Shown here in pieces: positions 30,448-39,648 of a DNA stretch of 64,000 nt. The first letter of the stretch is position 1. Every line of letters begins with the position of its first letter. The position numbers and the translations under genes were made by a program. This stretch comes from Bryobacterales bacterium (GTDB taxonomy: Bacteria; Acidobacteriota; Terriglobia; Bryobacterales; UBA6623), in NCBI GenBank assembly GCA_965226385.1, contig OZ245359.1, forward strand, positions 1,097,116-1,161,115. Direction: 5' to 3'. The notes under the pieces were generated by a model. That model searched no databases and was not told the origin of the DNA. It worked only from the letters and a program-made list of their open reading frames with translations.

Positions 30448-30885
30448 TCAGGGATCAGGCTGCTCATTCAGCGGTGGATGGCCCGGAGGGAGTTCAGATG
30501 AAGATCCGCCAGTTGGAGGATGTCCTAGTGGTAGACCCGGTGCTGCGGTCTGACCAGTATTCATGTCGTCGCCTGACTCCTGAATCCCCTGAGTAGGCAT
30601 GACTTCCCATTTGCCTGAATTTTGCTCCAGTTCATAGACCATCCTCATGGTCGCTTCCGGATCATCACCAGCTGAGATAGATACAGAGGCAATTGCATGC
30701 GTATCCATGTAGCTCACCTTGTCCACCTTGATACTCAGATACCCTAAAAACAGATCCCCGCGTTGGGCAAGATATTCTTCAACAGCAGTCTGGATATCGG
30801 CTGCGGAACGGACCTCCTGTGTTGTGCAGGCAGAGACCAGCATTACGAGCAAGATCAATATGAATTTCACCATGACAGGTAACAT
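30448..30885 (-). CDS. hypothetical lipoprotein with a C-terminal GHPP-repeat tail
   Basis: Signal peptide with a lipobox (LLVMLVSAC|TT). An alternative ATG lies at 30873. The C-terminus reads LPLGHPPTGGSSSELPPGHPPLNEQPDP. Confidence 0.55.
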   Translation of the reverse strand: MLPVMVKFILILLVMLVSACTTQEVRSAADIQTAVEEYLAQRGDLFLGYLSIKVDKVSYMDTHAIASVSISAGDDPEATMRMVYELEQNSGKWEVMPTQGIQESGDDMNTGQTAAPGLPLGHPPTGGSSSELPPGHPPLNEQPDP

Positions 30886-30917
30886 ACTCGGGATTGGTAC
30901 TCAAGTATAACGACCGG

Positions 30918-31436
30918 TTAGCGGACAACTTCCCAAGCCAGATGTGCAAGTTCAGGGTGGATTAGCTTTTGCCAGGCGAGACGGACTGCGGCTGGTGAAC
31001 CTGGAACTGAAATAATAACCTTGCCACGGCACACACCGGCCATGGCGCGGGAGAGTATTGCTGCTGCGCCAACCTGCTCATAGCTCAACATTCGAAATAG
31101 CTCACCAAAACCCGGAAGTTCCTTATCAATCTCCTTGCTGAGTACATCGTAGGTCCGGTCCCGACGGGAGATTCCTGTCCCGCCATTAAAAAGAATGACC
31201 TGCACCTCATCTTCGGCTACCAGATCCCCCAGTGCGGATTGCACAAGTTCCGGCTCGTCGGCAACAATGCGAATCGAATGCAGGATGTTGCCTGACTGCT
31301 TGATCTCTCCTTCAAGGAAGTCGGCATTAGCATCCGTTTTCGGGGTTCGAGTATCGCTAACCGTCACAACTGCAATGCAGACTGCTCCACGCTTGCCAGC
31401 ACGCTCATGATGTTCCCGACTGCTTCCGGATGCCAT
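30918..31436 (-). CDS. moaB: MogA/MoaB-family molybdenum cofactor biosynthesis protein
   Basis: 172 aa. [12 protein letters not shown]...[19 protein letters not shown]...[11 protein letters not shown] matches the MoaB/MogA fold signature. Confidence 0.8.
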   Translation of the reverse strand: MASGSSREHHERAGKRGAVCIAVVTVSDTRTPKTDANADFLEGEIKQSGNILHSIRIVADEPELVQSALGDLVAEDEVQVILFNGGTGISRRDRTYDVLSKEIDKELPGFGELFRMLSYEQVGAAAILSRAMAGVCRGKVIISVPGSPAAVRLAWQKLIHPELAHLAWEVVR

Positions 31437-31499
31437 GAATAATCAATGCCCTGTTTGTTGAAACACTTATACGGTGTTCTTACGGGCAAGTCAAGTCGC

Positions 31500-31964
31500 T
31501 TACTTGCCGACGTTCTTGACTGCTTTGATCACAGATTTGGTAGCTTTTTGCACACCACTGGAGGTTGCCTTGGCAGCCTCCGCAGTTTTCTTGGCAACAG
31601 TTGTCGCACCAGCTGCTCCACCTTCAACAACTGTTTCAGTTCCAGACGCAACACCTTCTGCGACCATTTTTGTTTTTTCTTTCGCTACGCTCGTAGCTTC
31701 AACTGTTTTTTCCGCGACTTCTGCGCCTACCTCTTTGCTCGTTTCTACCGTTGTCTCTACAATCTCTCCAGTCGTTCTTGCGACTGTTTTTGATCCATCT
31801 ACAACGCCTTCAGCAGTCGCTTTTGCCAGCTTCTTGATCTTGCCGGTTAATCCTGTTTTACCCTCTTCAGCCTGCCTTGAATCCTGCTCTTCAGCAGCAT
31901 ACAGTGGCAGGACAGGATACAGCAGCAGTGCCATGGCCAAGATCAGTAATGCAGAATATTTCAT
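31500..31964 (-). CDS. secreted low-complexity (Ala/Thr/Glu/Lys/Val-rich, LEA/apolipoprotein-like) protein
   Basis: Strong SD (GAAGGAGATTATTT-ATG). The signal peptide is MKYSALLILAMALLLYPVLPLYAAEE. The remainder consists of degenerate amphipathic repeats (..TAEGVVDGSKTVARTTGEIVETTVETSKEVGAEVAEKTVEATSVAKEKTK..). Confidence 0.55.
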   Translation of the reverse strand: MKYSALLILAMALLLYPVLPLYAAEEQDSRQAEEGKTGLTGKIKKLAKATAEGVVDGSKTVARTTGEIVETTVETSKEVGAEVAEKTVEATSVAKEKTKMVAEGVASGTETVVEGGAAGATTVAKKTAEAAKATSSGVQKATKSVIKAVKNVGK

Positions 31965-32027
31965 AAATAATCTCCTTCAGCAATTGCCTCGCTATTGATT
32001 GGACTCATCGATGCATCCATTGGTATC

Positions 32028-33230
32028 TCAAGAATCAAGAAAAACTCCTGTTTCAACTTCATGGTTGTAATCGGTCCCCTCGACATTGAATCCAAAGAGC
32101 TGGTTGAAATCTTTTTGAAAACCCTCGTAATCAGACAGTTCGGACAGGGACTCGGTTGTAACCTGTGGCCAGAGTTCCTCAACGGCCTGCTGCACATCTT
32201 CACGCATTTCGAGATCATCCAACCGGATCAAATGGTCCTGATCCGTTACCGGTCCATCAGGGGCAGCGAGATGATTGCGAAATAACCTGTGCATCTGCTC
32301 TATGCAGCCTTCATGGATGCCCCTTTCCTTCATCACCTTGAAGAGTAGGCTGATGTAGAGCGGTACAACCGGAATTGCGGAAGATGCCTGTGTCACAACC
32401 GCCTTGTTGACGGAGAGCCAAGCACTGCCTGACAGCTTGCTCCGTAACATCTCATCAAGCATCCCGGCAGTTTCCTTCAGGTGCTGTTTTGCTGCGCCAA
32501 TTGTGCCGTCCCGGTATATTGGCCATGTCAGGGAAGGGCCATAGTAAGTATATGCAAGCGTCCTTGCACCTTCCGCGAGAAGATTGTCATCAAGTAGACT
32601 TTCGATCCACCATCGCCAGTCCTCTCCGCCCATGACCTCGATTGTATTTTCAATTTCATCCTCATTCGCCGCTTCAATCCTCGCTTGGGTCACTGCATTG
32701 CTTGACAGGTCAATGGTCTTGCCCGTGAATGGCTTGCCGATGGATTTGAGGCTTGATGCGAATATTCTACCCGTCCTGGGGTTGGTGCGTTTAGGCGAAG
32801 CAAGGGAGTAGACAACGAGGTCGATCCTGCCCATTGAGTCCTGGATAATCCGGGAGGCAGCCTCGCGAATTTCGTCAGAGAAAGCATCACCGTTCAGACT
32901 CTTCGCCCATAAGCCATCACGCTGAGCAGCACGATGCAATGCCACACTGTTGTAATAACCAGCCGTCGCAGTACGACGACCTGCCGGGGGCTTCTCAAGA
33001 AAGACACCGAGTGTGCTTGCACCCATCCCCCAAGCTGCTGTAATGCGTGAGGACAATCCATAGCCTGTTGAACTGCCAATGACGAGTACGTTCTGGAAAC
33101 TCCTGACAGTGGGATCTATCTTTCTCTCAACTTGAGCAATCTGGTTCTCAACGTTCCGGGCACAGCCTTCAGGATGGGCGTTTACACAGATGAAACCCCG
33201 GGATTTTTGCGTAATTACTTGTGCAGACAT
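32028..33230 (-). CDS. fabV: trans-2-enoyl-ACP/CoA reductase (NADH), FabV type
   Basis: 400 aa. ...SRGFICVNAHPEGCARNVENQI...VLVIGSSTGYGLSSRI... is the hallmark FabV N-terminus. Confidence 0.9.
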   Translation of the reverse strand: MSAQVITQKSRGFICVNAHPEGCARNVENQIAQVERKIDPTVRSFQNVLVIGSSTGYGLSSRITAAWGMGASTLGVFLEKPPAGRRTATAGYYNSVALHRAAQRDGLWAKSLNGDAFSDEIREAASRIIQDSMGRIDLVVYSLASPKRTNPRTGRIFASSLKSIGKPFTGKTIDLSSNAVTQARIEAANEDEIENTIEVMGGEDWRWWIESLLDDNLLAEGARTLAYTYYGPSLTWPIYRDGTIGAAKQHLKETAGMLDEMLRSKLSGSAWLSVNKAVVTQASSAIPVVPLYISLLFKVMKERGIHEGCIEQMHRLFRNHLAAPDGPVTDQDHLIRLDDLEMREDVQQAVEELWPQVTTESLSELSDYEGFQKDFNQLFGFNVEGTDYNHEVETGVFLDS

Positions 33231-33561
33231 CGTTACTCAAAAATCCTGACCGATAGTTTGGATTTGTTAGAAATTACTTGCCACACATTAGAGGAACCAA
33301 TATCCAGATCGCGGGGGGCTGTCAGCCTGCTCCATATCCCTACAAGGCCAGTATAACGAACAACATGAATCGCTCAGCCAATCGTTTGCAGCATCCATGG
33401 GTGCTTTCTGTAAGGCTTGATTTTTAGCCCCTTAATGCTTCAAACAAGCAATTCAGCCATATTCTTGTATGTTATCTTTGAAGTCCAGTCCAAACCAATA
33501 CGGCTGAATGCACCCTGCTCAATAGCAGTTCATTCCCTGTCGGGACTTTCAAACAACAACC

Positions 33562-34071
33562 ATGATCCGAAACTTTCGCGACGCTGTCCCCGTCGTGTCC
33601 TCAAGTGCTTATCTCGACCCCAGTGCACAAGTCATCGGGAAGGTGCAGGTCGGTGATCGTTCCAGTATTTGGTGCAACGTCACCATACGTGCCGATACCT
33701 CCAGTGTCACGATCGGGAAAGAAACATCCATCCAGGACAACAGTTGCCTGCATGAGGATGCTGACGCACCCCTGAGCATTGGGAACCGGGTCGTAGTAGG
33801 CCACTCCTGCACTGTCCATGGCTGTGTTGTGGAAGATGACTGTCTGATCGGCATGGGAGCAATAATACTCAGCAAGGCGCATATAGGCACAGGCTCCATA
33901 GTGGCTGCAGGTGCAGTTGTGCTTGGTGAGACTGAGATACCACCACTAAGCCTTGTGGCAGGTGTGCCTGCCAAGATCAAGCGCCAGGTCACTGAGGAAG
34001 AACTGCAGCAGACTCGTGAGAATGCTATGCGCTACGTCGAGTTGTGCGAGCAGTATCTGGATGAAGTTTAG
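33562..34071 (+). CDS. gamma-carbonic-anhydrase-family hexapeptide-repeat protein (YrdA/PaaY-like)
   Basis: 169 aa of left-handed beta-helix hexapeptide repeats. The sequence runs ...AYLDPSAQVIGKVQVGDRSSIWCNVTIRAD...LHED...VVVGHSCTVHGCVVED... Confidence 0.85.
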   Translation: MIRNFRDAVPVVSSSAYLDPSAQVIGKVQVGDRSSIWCNVTIRADTSSVTIGKETSIQDNSCLHEDADAPLSIGNRVVVGHSCTVHGCVVEDDCLIGMGAIILSKAHIGTGSIVAAGAVVLGETEIPPLSLVAGVPAKIKRQVTEEELQQTRENAMRYVELCEQYLDEV

Positions 34072-35880
34072 ATGTCGGAGAGCAAGGCTGCTCCCGAAGT
34101 CATTGATTCACTGGGAGACATTCAACGCTCGCATTACTGCGGCCATATCCGTGAATCTGACATTGATTCACCTGCCGTATTACTCGGATGGGTACACCGC
34201 AAGCGCGACTTGGGCGGACTGCTGTTCCTGCACTTGAGAGACCGCAGCGGAATCGCCCAAATCGTTTTCAATGCAGAGACACGTCCCGAAGCACATGCCC
34301 GGGCTGAAACACTGCGCAGCGAGTATGTAATCGCTGCCAAGGGCAAGATCATCAAACGCTCCGAAGACACCATTAACCCGAATCTCGAGACAGGCACAAT
34401 CGAGATGTCAGTAGACGAGTTGTACATCCTGAACACTGCCCAGACTCCCCCCTTCCTGCTGGATGAGGAAGAACATGCCCAGGTCAGTGAGGACATTCGG
34501 CTCAAGTATCGCTACCTGGATCTGCGGAGACCACAGATGCAGCGGAACATGCAACTGCGACACCGGGTGAACACTGCAATACGCAACAGCTTTGACTCCC
34601 AGGGGTTTCTGGAAATCGAGACTCCTTTCATGACCCGCTCAACCCCGGAAGGGGCGAGGGACTTCCTTGTCCCCAGCCGCATTCAACCAGGCAGCATGTA
34701 TGCATTGCCCCAGTCCCCTCAGCTGTTCAAACAGTTGTTGATGGTGGGCGGCTATGACCGCTACTACCAGATCGTGCGCTGCTTCAGGGACGAAGACCTG
34801 CGAGCTGACCGGCAACCTGAATTCACCCAGATTGATGTCGAAATGTCGTTCATTCAGGAAGATGGAGTCCTGGCAGTGATTGAGCAACTTCTGGCAGAAG
34901 TTTGCAGGGCTGCTGGAGCGAATGCTCCCGACATGCCCCTGCCACGGCTTCAATATTCAGAAGCGATGGCACGCTACGGTAGTGATAAACCGGATTTACG
35001 ATTGCCGGAACTAGCCATTGTCGATGACATCTTCAAGCCGGAAGATCTGCCCACTGAAGGCCCCCTGATCGCCATCAGAACACCAGACACCGGAATACTT
35101 ACAAGGCGTGAACGGGAGCAGTTCCGCAATTATGCCGAGGAACTCAATCTGCGGTTATTCGACGATTTCAAGGGCCTCGGAAAGAAAATGCCTGACCAGA
35201 TGGTAGAAGTCCAAAAAAGGCTGCAAGCAGGTGAGGAGGATTTTCTCGTCCTGGTGACCGGTGCCAGCCCGACCGACAACCCCCGGCCCAAGGAGTCTGT
35301 CCTGGGTGCCGCAGGCAATCTCCGTTCACGGATGGGTGTGACATTCAATGACCGCCATGGACTACTAAGTAACGAAGACTTGCGTTTCTTATGGGTGACA
35401 GACTTTCCGATGTTCGAGTGGGACGAAAAAGAAAAATGCTGGAATTCGGCCCATCACCCCTTCACATCTCCTCACGATGACGATGTAAACAAACTCGTTA
35501 CCGAACCAGAAGCATGTCGCTCCAAGGCCTACGACCTTGTACTGAATGGGGTAGAACTCGGCTCAGGGTCCATTCGTATCCACCGCCGGGAGATACAGGC
35601 TGCTGTTTTCGAAGCACTTGGATTTACCTCGGATGAAGTGCGACATCGTTTCGGGTTCTTCCTTGATGCGCTGCAGTTCGGGACACCACCACACGGGGGG
35701 ATTGCTCTCGGACTTGACCGCATGATGATGATTCTGGCTGGTGAGAGTTCGATCCGTGATGTCATTGCCTTCCCGAAAACTGCCAAGGGCACAGACCTGA
35801 TGTGCGAGGCACCAAACACTGTCCCTGTACGGAATCTCACCGAACTTGGCATCGCCCTTAGAACCGGGCTGAACGATTAA
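34072..35880 (+). CDS. aspS: aspartate--tRNA ligase
   Basis: 602 aa. The ATG directly abuts the upstream TAG. It has an OB domain (LLGWVHRKRDLGGLLFLHLRDRSG) and class II motifs (FRDEDLRADRQPEFTQIDVEMSF; GTPPHGGIALGLDRMMMIL). Confidence 0.95.
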   Translation: MSESKAAPEVIDSLGDIQRSHYCGHIRESDIDSPAVLLGWVHRKRDLGGLLFLHLRDRSGIAQIVFNAETRPEAHARAETLRSEYVIAAKGKIIKRSEDTINPNLETGTIEMSVDELYILNTAQTPPFLLDEEEHAQVSEDIRLKYRYLDLRRPQMQRNMQLRHRVNTAIRNSFDSQGFLEIETPFMTRSTPEGARDFLVPSRIQPGSMYALPQSPQLFKQLLMVGGYDRYYQIVRCFRDEDLRADRQPEFTQIDVEMSFIQEDGVLAVIEQLLAEVCRAAGANAPDMPLPRLQYSEAMARYGSDKPDLRLPELAIVDDIFKPEDLPTEGPLIAIRTPDTGILTRREREQFRNYAEELNLRLFDDFKGLGKKMPDQMVEVQKRLQAGEEDFLVLVTGASPTDNPRPKESVLGAAGNLRSRMGVTFNDRHGLLSNEDLRFLWVTDFPMFEWDEKEKCWNSAHHPFTSPHDDDVNKLVTEPEACRSKAYDLVLNGVELGSGSIRIHRREIQAAVFEALGFTSDEVRHRFGFFLDALQFGTPPHGGIALGLDRMMMILAGESSIRDVIAFPKTAKGTDLMCEAPNTVPVRNLTELGIALRTGLND

Positions 35881-35952
35881 CCCTGACTGAGCCTGCGCGG
35901 CACGGTAGAGGCGACCTGATGTATCTATTCCTGCGTGGTTTATCATCAAGGC

Positions 35953-36942
35953 ATGAGACGAGTTCTCGTCATTGGCGGCAATCTTTTCATCGGTCGCGAA
36001 CTTGTAACAAGGCTGCTTGATCGGGGTGATGAAGTTACGATCCTGCACCGCGGTAACAACAACCCCTTTCGGCAAAAGACCCTGGAAATCCATTGTGACC
36101 GCAATGACACAGCCGCCATGGAGAAGGTACTGCAAGAGCGCAATTTCGAGTATGTCTTCGATAACGTTTACGACTGGCAGCGAGGGACTACTGGCAAGCA
36201 GGTGAGTTCAACCGCAAAGGCGTGTAGTCCTGTGCTGAAGCGATATGTGTACATGTCGAGTTGCGCAGTTTATGTTGATGGCCTCGACCGTACCGAAGAC
36301 TCCCTCTTAGCTGGGCCTGCTTGTCCGGAGCACTACTGCCTCAACAAGGCTGATTCAGAGCGGGAGTTGTTCAAACTGCATGCCAGTCAAGGGCTGAGTG
36401 TGGTCACCCTGCGGCCACCCTTCATTTACGGACCTCTAAACCCGTTCTACCGGGAGGCCTACTTCTGGGATCGGCTGCGTGCCGGGCGCCCTATACTGAT
36501 CCCCGGTGATGGGAGTCGCTTGATGCAGTTTGTGTCAGTGATGGATCTGGTTGAAGCTGCGTTGCGAGCTGCTGAAAGTCCAGAAGCTGATGGCAAGGCC
36601 TACAATATTGCACACCCTGCTGCAGTGAGGCAAGACGAATTCGTACGTACACTTGCCGATGCTGCAGGGATTGAGCCTGACTTGCACTATGTTGGTCGTG
36701 ACAGGCTGCAGCAACTCGGAGGGGGTATCTTCGAGCCGCCATACTATTTCGGACAGTACTTTGATATGCCACCAATCACCATGGATGTCTCCCAGGCAGA
36801 AAAAGATCTGAATTTTTCTCCGATGACATTGTCAGACGGCATGCGCCAGACATGGAACTGGTACAGCAATGGGGATCAATCTGAAGTAGCAGTACCTAAC
36901 TTCAGTTATGAGGATCAGGTGCTTGCAGTCATCAAGGACTGA
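35953..36942 (+). CDS. NAD-dependent epimerase/dehydratase family (extended SDR) protein
   Basis: ORF trimmed to the ATG at 35953. MRRVLVIGGNLFIGRELV is a Rossmann GxxGxxG-type N-terminus. The length and layout are typical of extended SDRs. Confidence 0.8.
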   Translation: MRRVLVIGGNLFIGRELVTRLLDRGDEVTILHRGNNNPFRQKTLEIHCDRNDTAAMEKVLQERNFEYVFDNVYDWQRGTTGKQVSSTAKACSPVLKRYVYMSSCAVYVDGLDRTEDSLLAGPACPEHYCLNKADSERELFKLHASQGLSVVTLRPPFIYGPLNPFYREAYFWDRLRAGRPILIPGDGSRLMQFVSVMDLVEAALRAAESPEADGKAYNIAHPAAVRQDEFVRTLADAAGIEPDLHYVGRDRLQQLGGGIFEPPYYFGQYFDMPPITMDVSQAEKDLNFSPMTLSDGMRQTWNWYSNGDQSEVAVPNFSYEDQVLAVIKD

Positions 36943-36989
36943 ATGAAGACCACTCGATAGGAACAAGTTACCTAATCGTAATCTCCCTG

Positions 36990-37004
36990 TCCTGATGATC
37001 AGGA
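36990..37004. terminator. possible bidirectional hairpin between convergent genes
   Basis: TCCTGA-TGA-TCAGGA is a perfect palindrome in the 67-nt gap between the epimerase stop and the FG-GAP gene stop. There is no clear U-tract. Confidence 0.25.
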
Positions 37005-37009
37005 TCTGT

Positions 37010-38164
37010 TCAACGAGTCAGGTTTTCGAATAGGAATACACCGCTCTTACCGGCGACAACGATATCCATGTCGCCATCCTTGTCCATATCCATTACAGGG
37101 ATCTGCATGCCACCCCCGACACGGCCCCCATAGTGAATGATATGGCGCACCCACTCGTGGCCTCGTTCTGTTTCCACATATTCATACCAATAAAGACCTA
37201 GAGGTTCACGTCCACCATCATCATGGCCATTGTGGGCATAAAGCCTCTTTCCTGTCACAATCTCAAGTTGACCATTTCCAGTAAGATCAGCCAGTGTTGT
37301 GGCATGTGCCTGAGACCAGGAATCGTCAATCAGAAGTTGTTCCCAGGTTCTTTCACCGTTGGCCCCTTTCCCCTGCTTCAGCCAGAAAATGCCATAGCTA
37401 TGGGCATATGAAGTAACAATATCGTTGAGACCGTCATTATCAATGTCGGCAACATGCAAAAATCCAGCATTCTTTTTAATCTGGAACTCTGCATGAGGCG
37501 TCCAGGGGGTGTTGCGAGGGTTTCTGGGAGCCTCGTACCAACCCTTCGGTGTCAGCACATCAATATGTCCATCCCCGTTCACATCCCCGGCTCCGATTCC
37601 ATGGCCATCTGCTTCAACATGAACAACATGTTCTACCCAACTGTGTCCGTCCTCAGACGGTTCATACCAAGCAGTCTTGTCTGCCTCATTGCTACCGAAC
37701 TGAGGAAGCACCTCTCTTGTGAGTCCATCGCCATTCAAATCAACCAGTAACGCAAACTCTACTGGAAGTCCCTCATGAACCAGCTGTTTCTTCCAGATTC
37801 CAATCGCCCTGCCCGGGTTGCGCCACCATGTGATCGTTCGACTTCCCCATCCCACACTGGCAATGTCCAGGTAGCCATCGGAATCCACATCCAGTGCCAG
37901 ATCACTGAAATCATCAATGTAGTTGTTCCAGAACAACAAACTCCGGAATTTATTGCGCTGGTAATCCGGACCCCGAAACCAGTTCTCACCCGAGATAATG
38001 TCCAGAAACCCATCATTGTTGAGGTCAGCAACTGTACAACTCTCATTACGACCCTGGTCGATATCATGTTTGCGAAAAAGAATCTCTTCTGAAGGGCCTC
38101 CAGCCAAGCAAGGAATACATGCAGGAATCAGCAGTACTGTTGCTTTGATCCAGTGTGAATTCAT
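37010..38164 (-). CDS. FG-GAP/VCBS-repeat (seven-bladed integrin-alpha-like) secreted protein
   Basis: ORF trimmed to the ATG at 38164 (MNSHWIKATVLLIPACIPCLAG signal). It has seven Ca-binding-type DxNxDGxxD repeats: DLNNDGFLDI, DVDSDGYLDI, DLNGDGLTRE, DVNGDGHIDV, DIDNDGLNDI, DLTGNGQLEI, DMDKDGDMDI. Confidence 0.75.
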   Translation of the reverse strand: MNSHWIKATVLLIPACIPCLAGGPSEEILFRKHDIDQGRNESCTVADLNNDGFLDIISGENWFRGPDYQRNKFRSLLFWNNYIDDFSDLALDVDSDGYLDIASVGWGSRTITWWRNPGRAIGIWKKQLVHEGLPVEFALLVDLNGDGLTREVLPQFGSNEADKTAWYEPSEDGHSWVEHVVHVEADGHGIGAGDVNGDGHIDVLTPKGWYEAPRNPRNTPWTPHAEFQIKKNAGFLHVADIDNDGLNDIVTSYAHSYGIFWLKQGKGANGERTWEQLLIDDSWSQAHATTLADLTGNGQLEIVTGKRLYAHNGHDDGGREPLGLYWYEYVETERGHEWVRHIIHYGGRVGGGMQIPVMDMDKDGDMDIVVAGKSGVFLFENLTR

Positions 38165-38229
38165 GACCGCACCATGATGCCACAATAACCACCTTTTGTT
38201 CACCTTCGCAAGAAGCTCCGGCGTTAGCA

Positions 38230-38652
38230 GTGAGACACGGGGAAGACTTTGCTGAAGCGCCTCCCCGAAGCGTCCGTGGCGAGCCTGCGAGCCTCCCCGC
38301 TGGAGGGCCATCAAGCCTATCAGCGTGGTCCGAACGGACGTACGGCGAAGGCGGCGGCCCGCTGCTGTTCCCGAGCGTGCAGCAAGGAAAGCAACTCAGC
38401 GACATGATGCTGTCGGGATTGCTCAAGGACCTGGAGATTGCGGCCGTGCCGCATGGTTTCCGTTCAAGTTTCCGCGACTGGACGGCCGAGGAAACAGACC
38501 ATCCACGCGAGGTCATCGAGGCAGCCTTGGCTCACATGGTCCAGAACAAGGTGGAAGCGGCCTATCGCCGGACGGACCTCTTTGAACGTCGGCGTATCCT
38601 GATGGACGACTGGGCACGCTACCTTGACAGCGAGCGCGAGAGCGCCGGTTGA
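38230..38652 (+). pseudogene. tyrosine recombinase (P4-type phage/ICE integrase), C-terminal fragment only
   Basis: ...GGGPLLFPSVQQGKQLSDMMLSGLLKDLEIAAVPHGFRSSFRDWTAEETDHPREVIEAALAHMVQNKVEAAYRRTDLFERRRILMDDWARYL contains the box II H-x-x-R and the catalytic Tyr. The N-terminal SAM-like domain and the box I Arg region are absent. Confidence 0.7.
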
Positions 38653-38826
38653 TGATCGCCTATCTTCGGGACCGAGCGGGCGGTCCCGAATCGTTCGGCG
38701 CAGAAACCCAAGCTCCCCGAGGGATAGAACCACGAAAAGCGCCCTTGCGTCCGGGAATGGTTCGACGCCGTTCCGATATCTGAGGTAGGCCCGCCCGGTG
38801 CTGGGGATTGGCGGCCTGCAAGGACA

Positions 38827-39293
38827 AATTTGCTGGGCCAACGGTTGCATGCAAGCCGAGGTCTTGCCGGACTCCACGGCGCCGAAAATTGCCACTCCGG
38901 TATAGAATCCTCGCTCCGGGATGATGAGCCAGGAAGGGTTGCGGATTTCGACGGTTTTGACCGGGTGGTGAACCTCCCCGACAACGTTGCCCGGCCCGGC
39001 GTTTTTGTCGGCAGAAAGGGGCCACTGTGCAGCAATTTTAGGGCGGTCAGATTGCGGCCCCAAGACTCAAACCGGCCCCGCCAGACCGTGATGAGAAACA
39101 GCCCGCCGATCAGGACTGCGACGGCGGGAACGGCGTAGTATCAGCGGACGATCCAGGCGTAGAAGTTGGGGGTGTGATAGAGCACCAAGTCGAGCATTGG
39201 ATCGTCGCCGGGCAAGGGGAAAGGCCGGTAGAGGAAACCCCAAGCGGAGCAGCACAGCCCGGCAGAAATCAGGATCGGATAGCGCCATTTCAT
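38827..39293 (-). pseudogene. type IV secretion coupling-protein-like (TraD/VirD4-type) gene, N-terminal remnant
   Basis: MKWRYPILISAGLCCSAWGFLY... (TM1) is followed by an in-frame TGA, then YYAVPAVAVLIGGLFLITVW (TM2). After a frameshift comes ...WLIIPERGFYTGVAIFGAVESGKTSACMQPLAQQI (Walker A GxxxxGKT). Nothing recognisable follows. Two N-terminal TMs plus a P-loop is the T4CP layout; the family call is tentative. Confidence 0.4.
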
Positions 39294-39393
39294 AGGGCTT
39301 GCCTGCGGCGCGTCAGCGCCCGCTTGGGGTTTGTGTTCGGAGCCTTCCCGCAGGGATAAATCGGACGGAAGCGACCCCAAAAGGGGGGAGGCG

Positions 39394-39434
39394 GTGGAAC
39401 ACCCTGTGGAACACCCCCCCTTGTGCGTGTTCCA
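39394..39434. repeat. GTGGAACACCC x2 (tandem) plus an inverted GTGTTCCA copy
   Basis: The sequence reads gGTGGAACACCCtGTGGAACACCCccccttgtgcGTGTTCCAgg. It lies about 100 bp upstream of the broken coupling-protein gene. Confidence 0.6.
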
Positions 39435-39592
39435 GGCTGGTCCGGCACGGCCTTGACCCCGGAACGCTTGAAAACTGAGGTTTTATTAGTGCGGTTCACT
39501 AGGCTGACTCCTGCGCCCTCAAGCGGTCAGAAACCCACGTCTCGAAACCGTCAATGGTGGCTCCGGGGCCGCTCGACTTGGGAAGGTTTTTC

Positions 39593-39619
39593 AAATAAAG
39601 CAAAAGCCCCGGATGGGGC
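39593..39619 (-). terminator. rho-independent terminator downstream of hsdR
   Basis: The minus strand reads GCCCC-ATCC-GGGGC followed by TTTTGCTTTATTT, about 30 nt after the hsdR stop. Confidence 0.55.
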
Positions 39620-39648
39620 GGCATATGGCGGTGTGCTCGGCTTTAGTT

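Noticed and set aside
31446-31998. Plus-strand ORFs of 115 and 174 aa antisense to the LEA-like gene
   Set aside because: They have no SD or signal and are Ser/Thr/Ala/Phe-rich shadows of the repetitive GCN/ACN/GAA codons of the minus-strand gene. That gene has a strong SD and signal peptide.
35563-36135. A 190-aa minus-strand ORF spanning the aspS end and the epimerase start
   Set aside because: It overlaps two well-supported plus-strand genes and has no recognisable motif.
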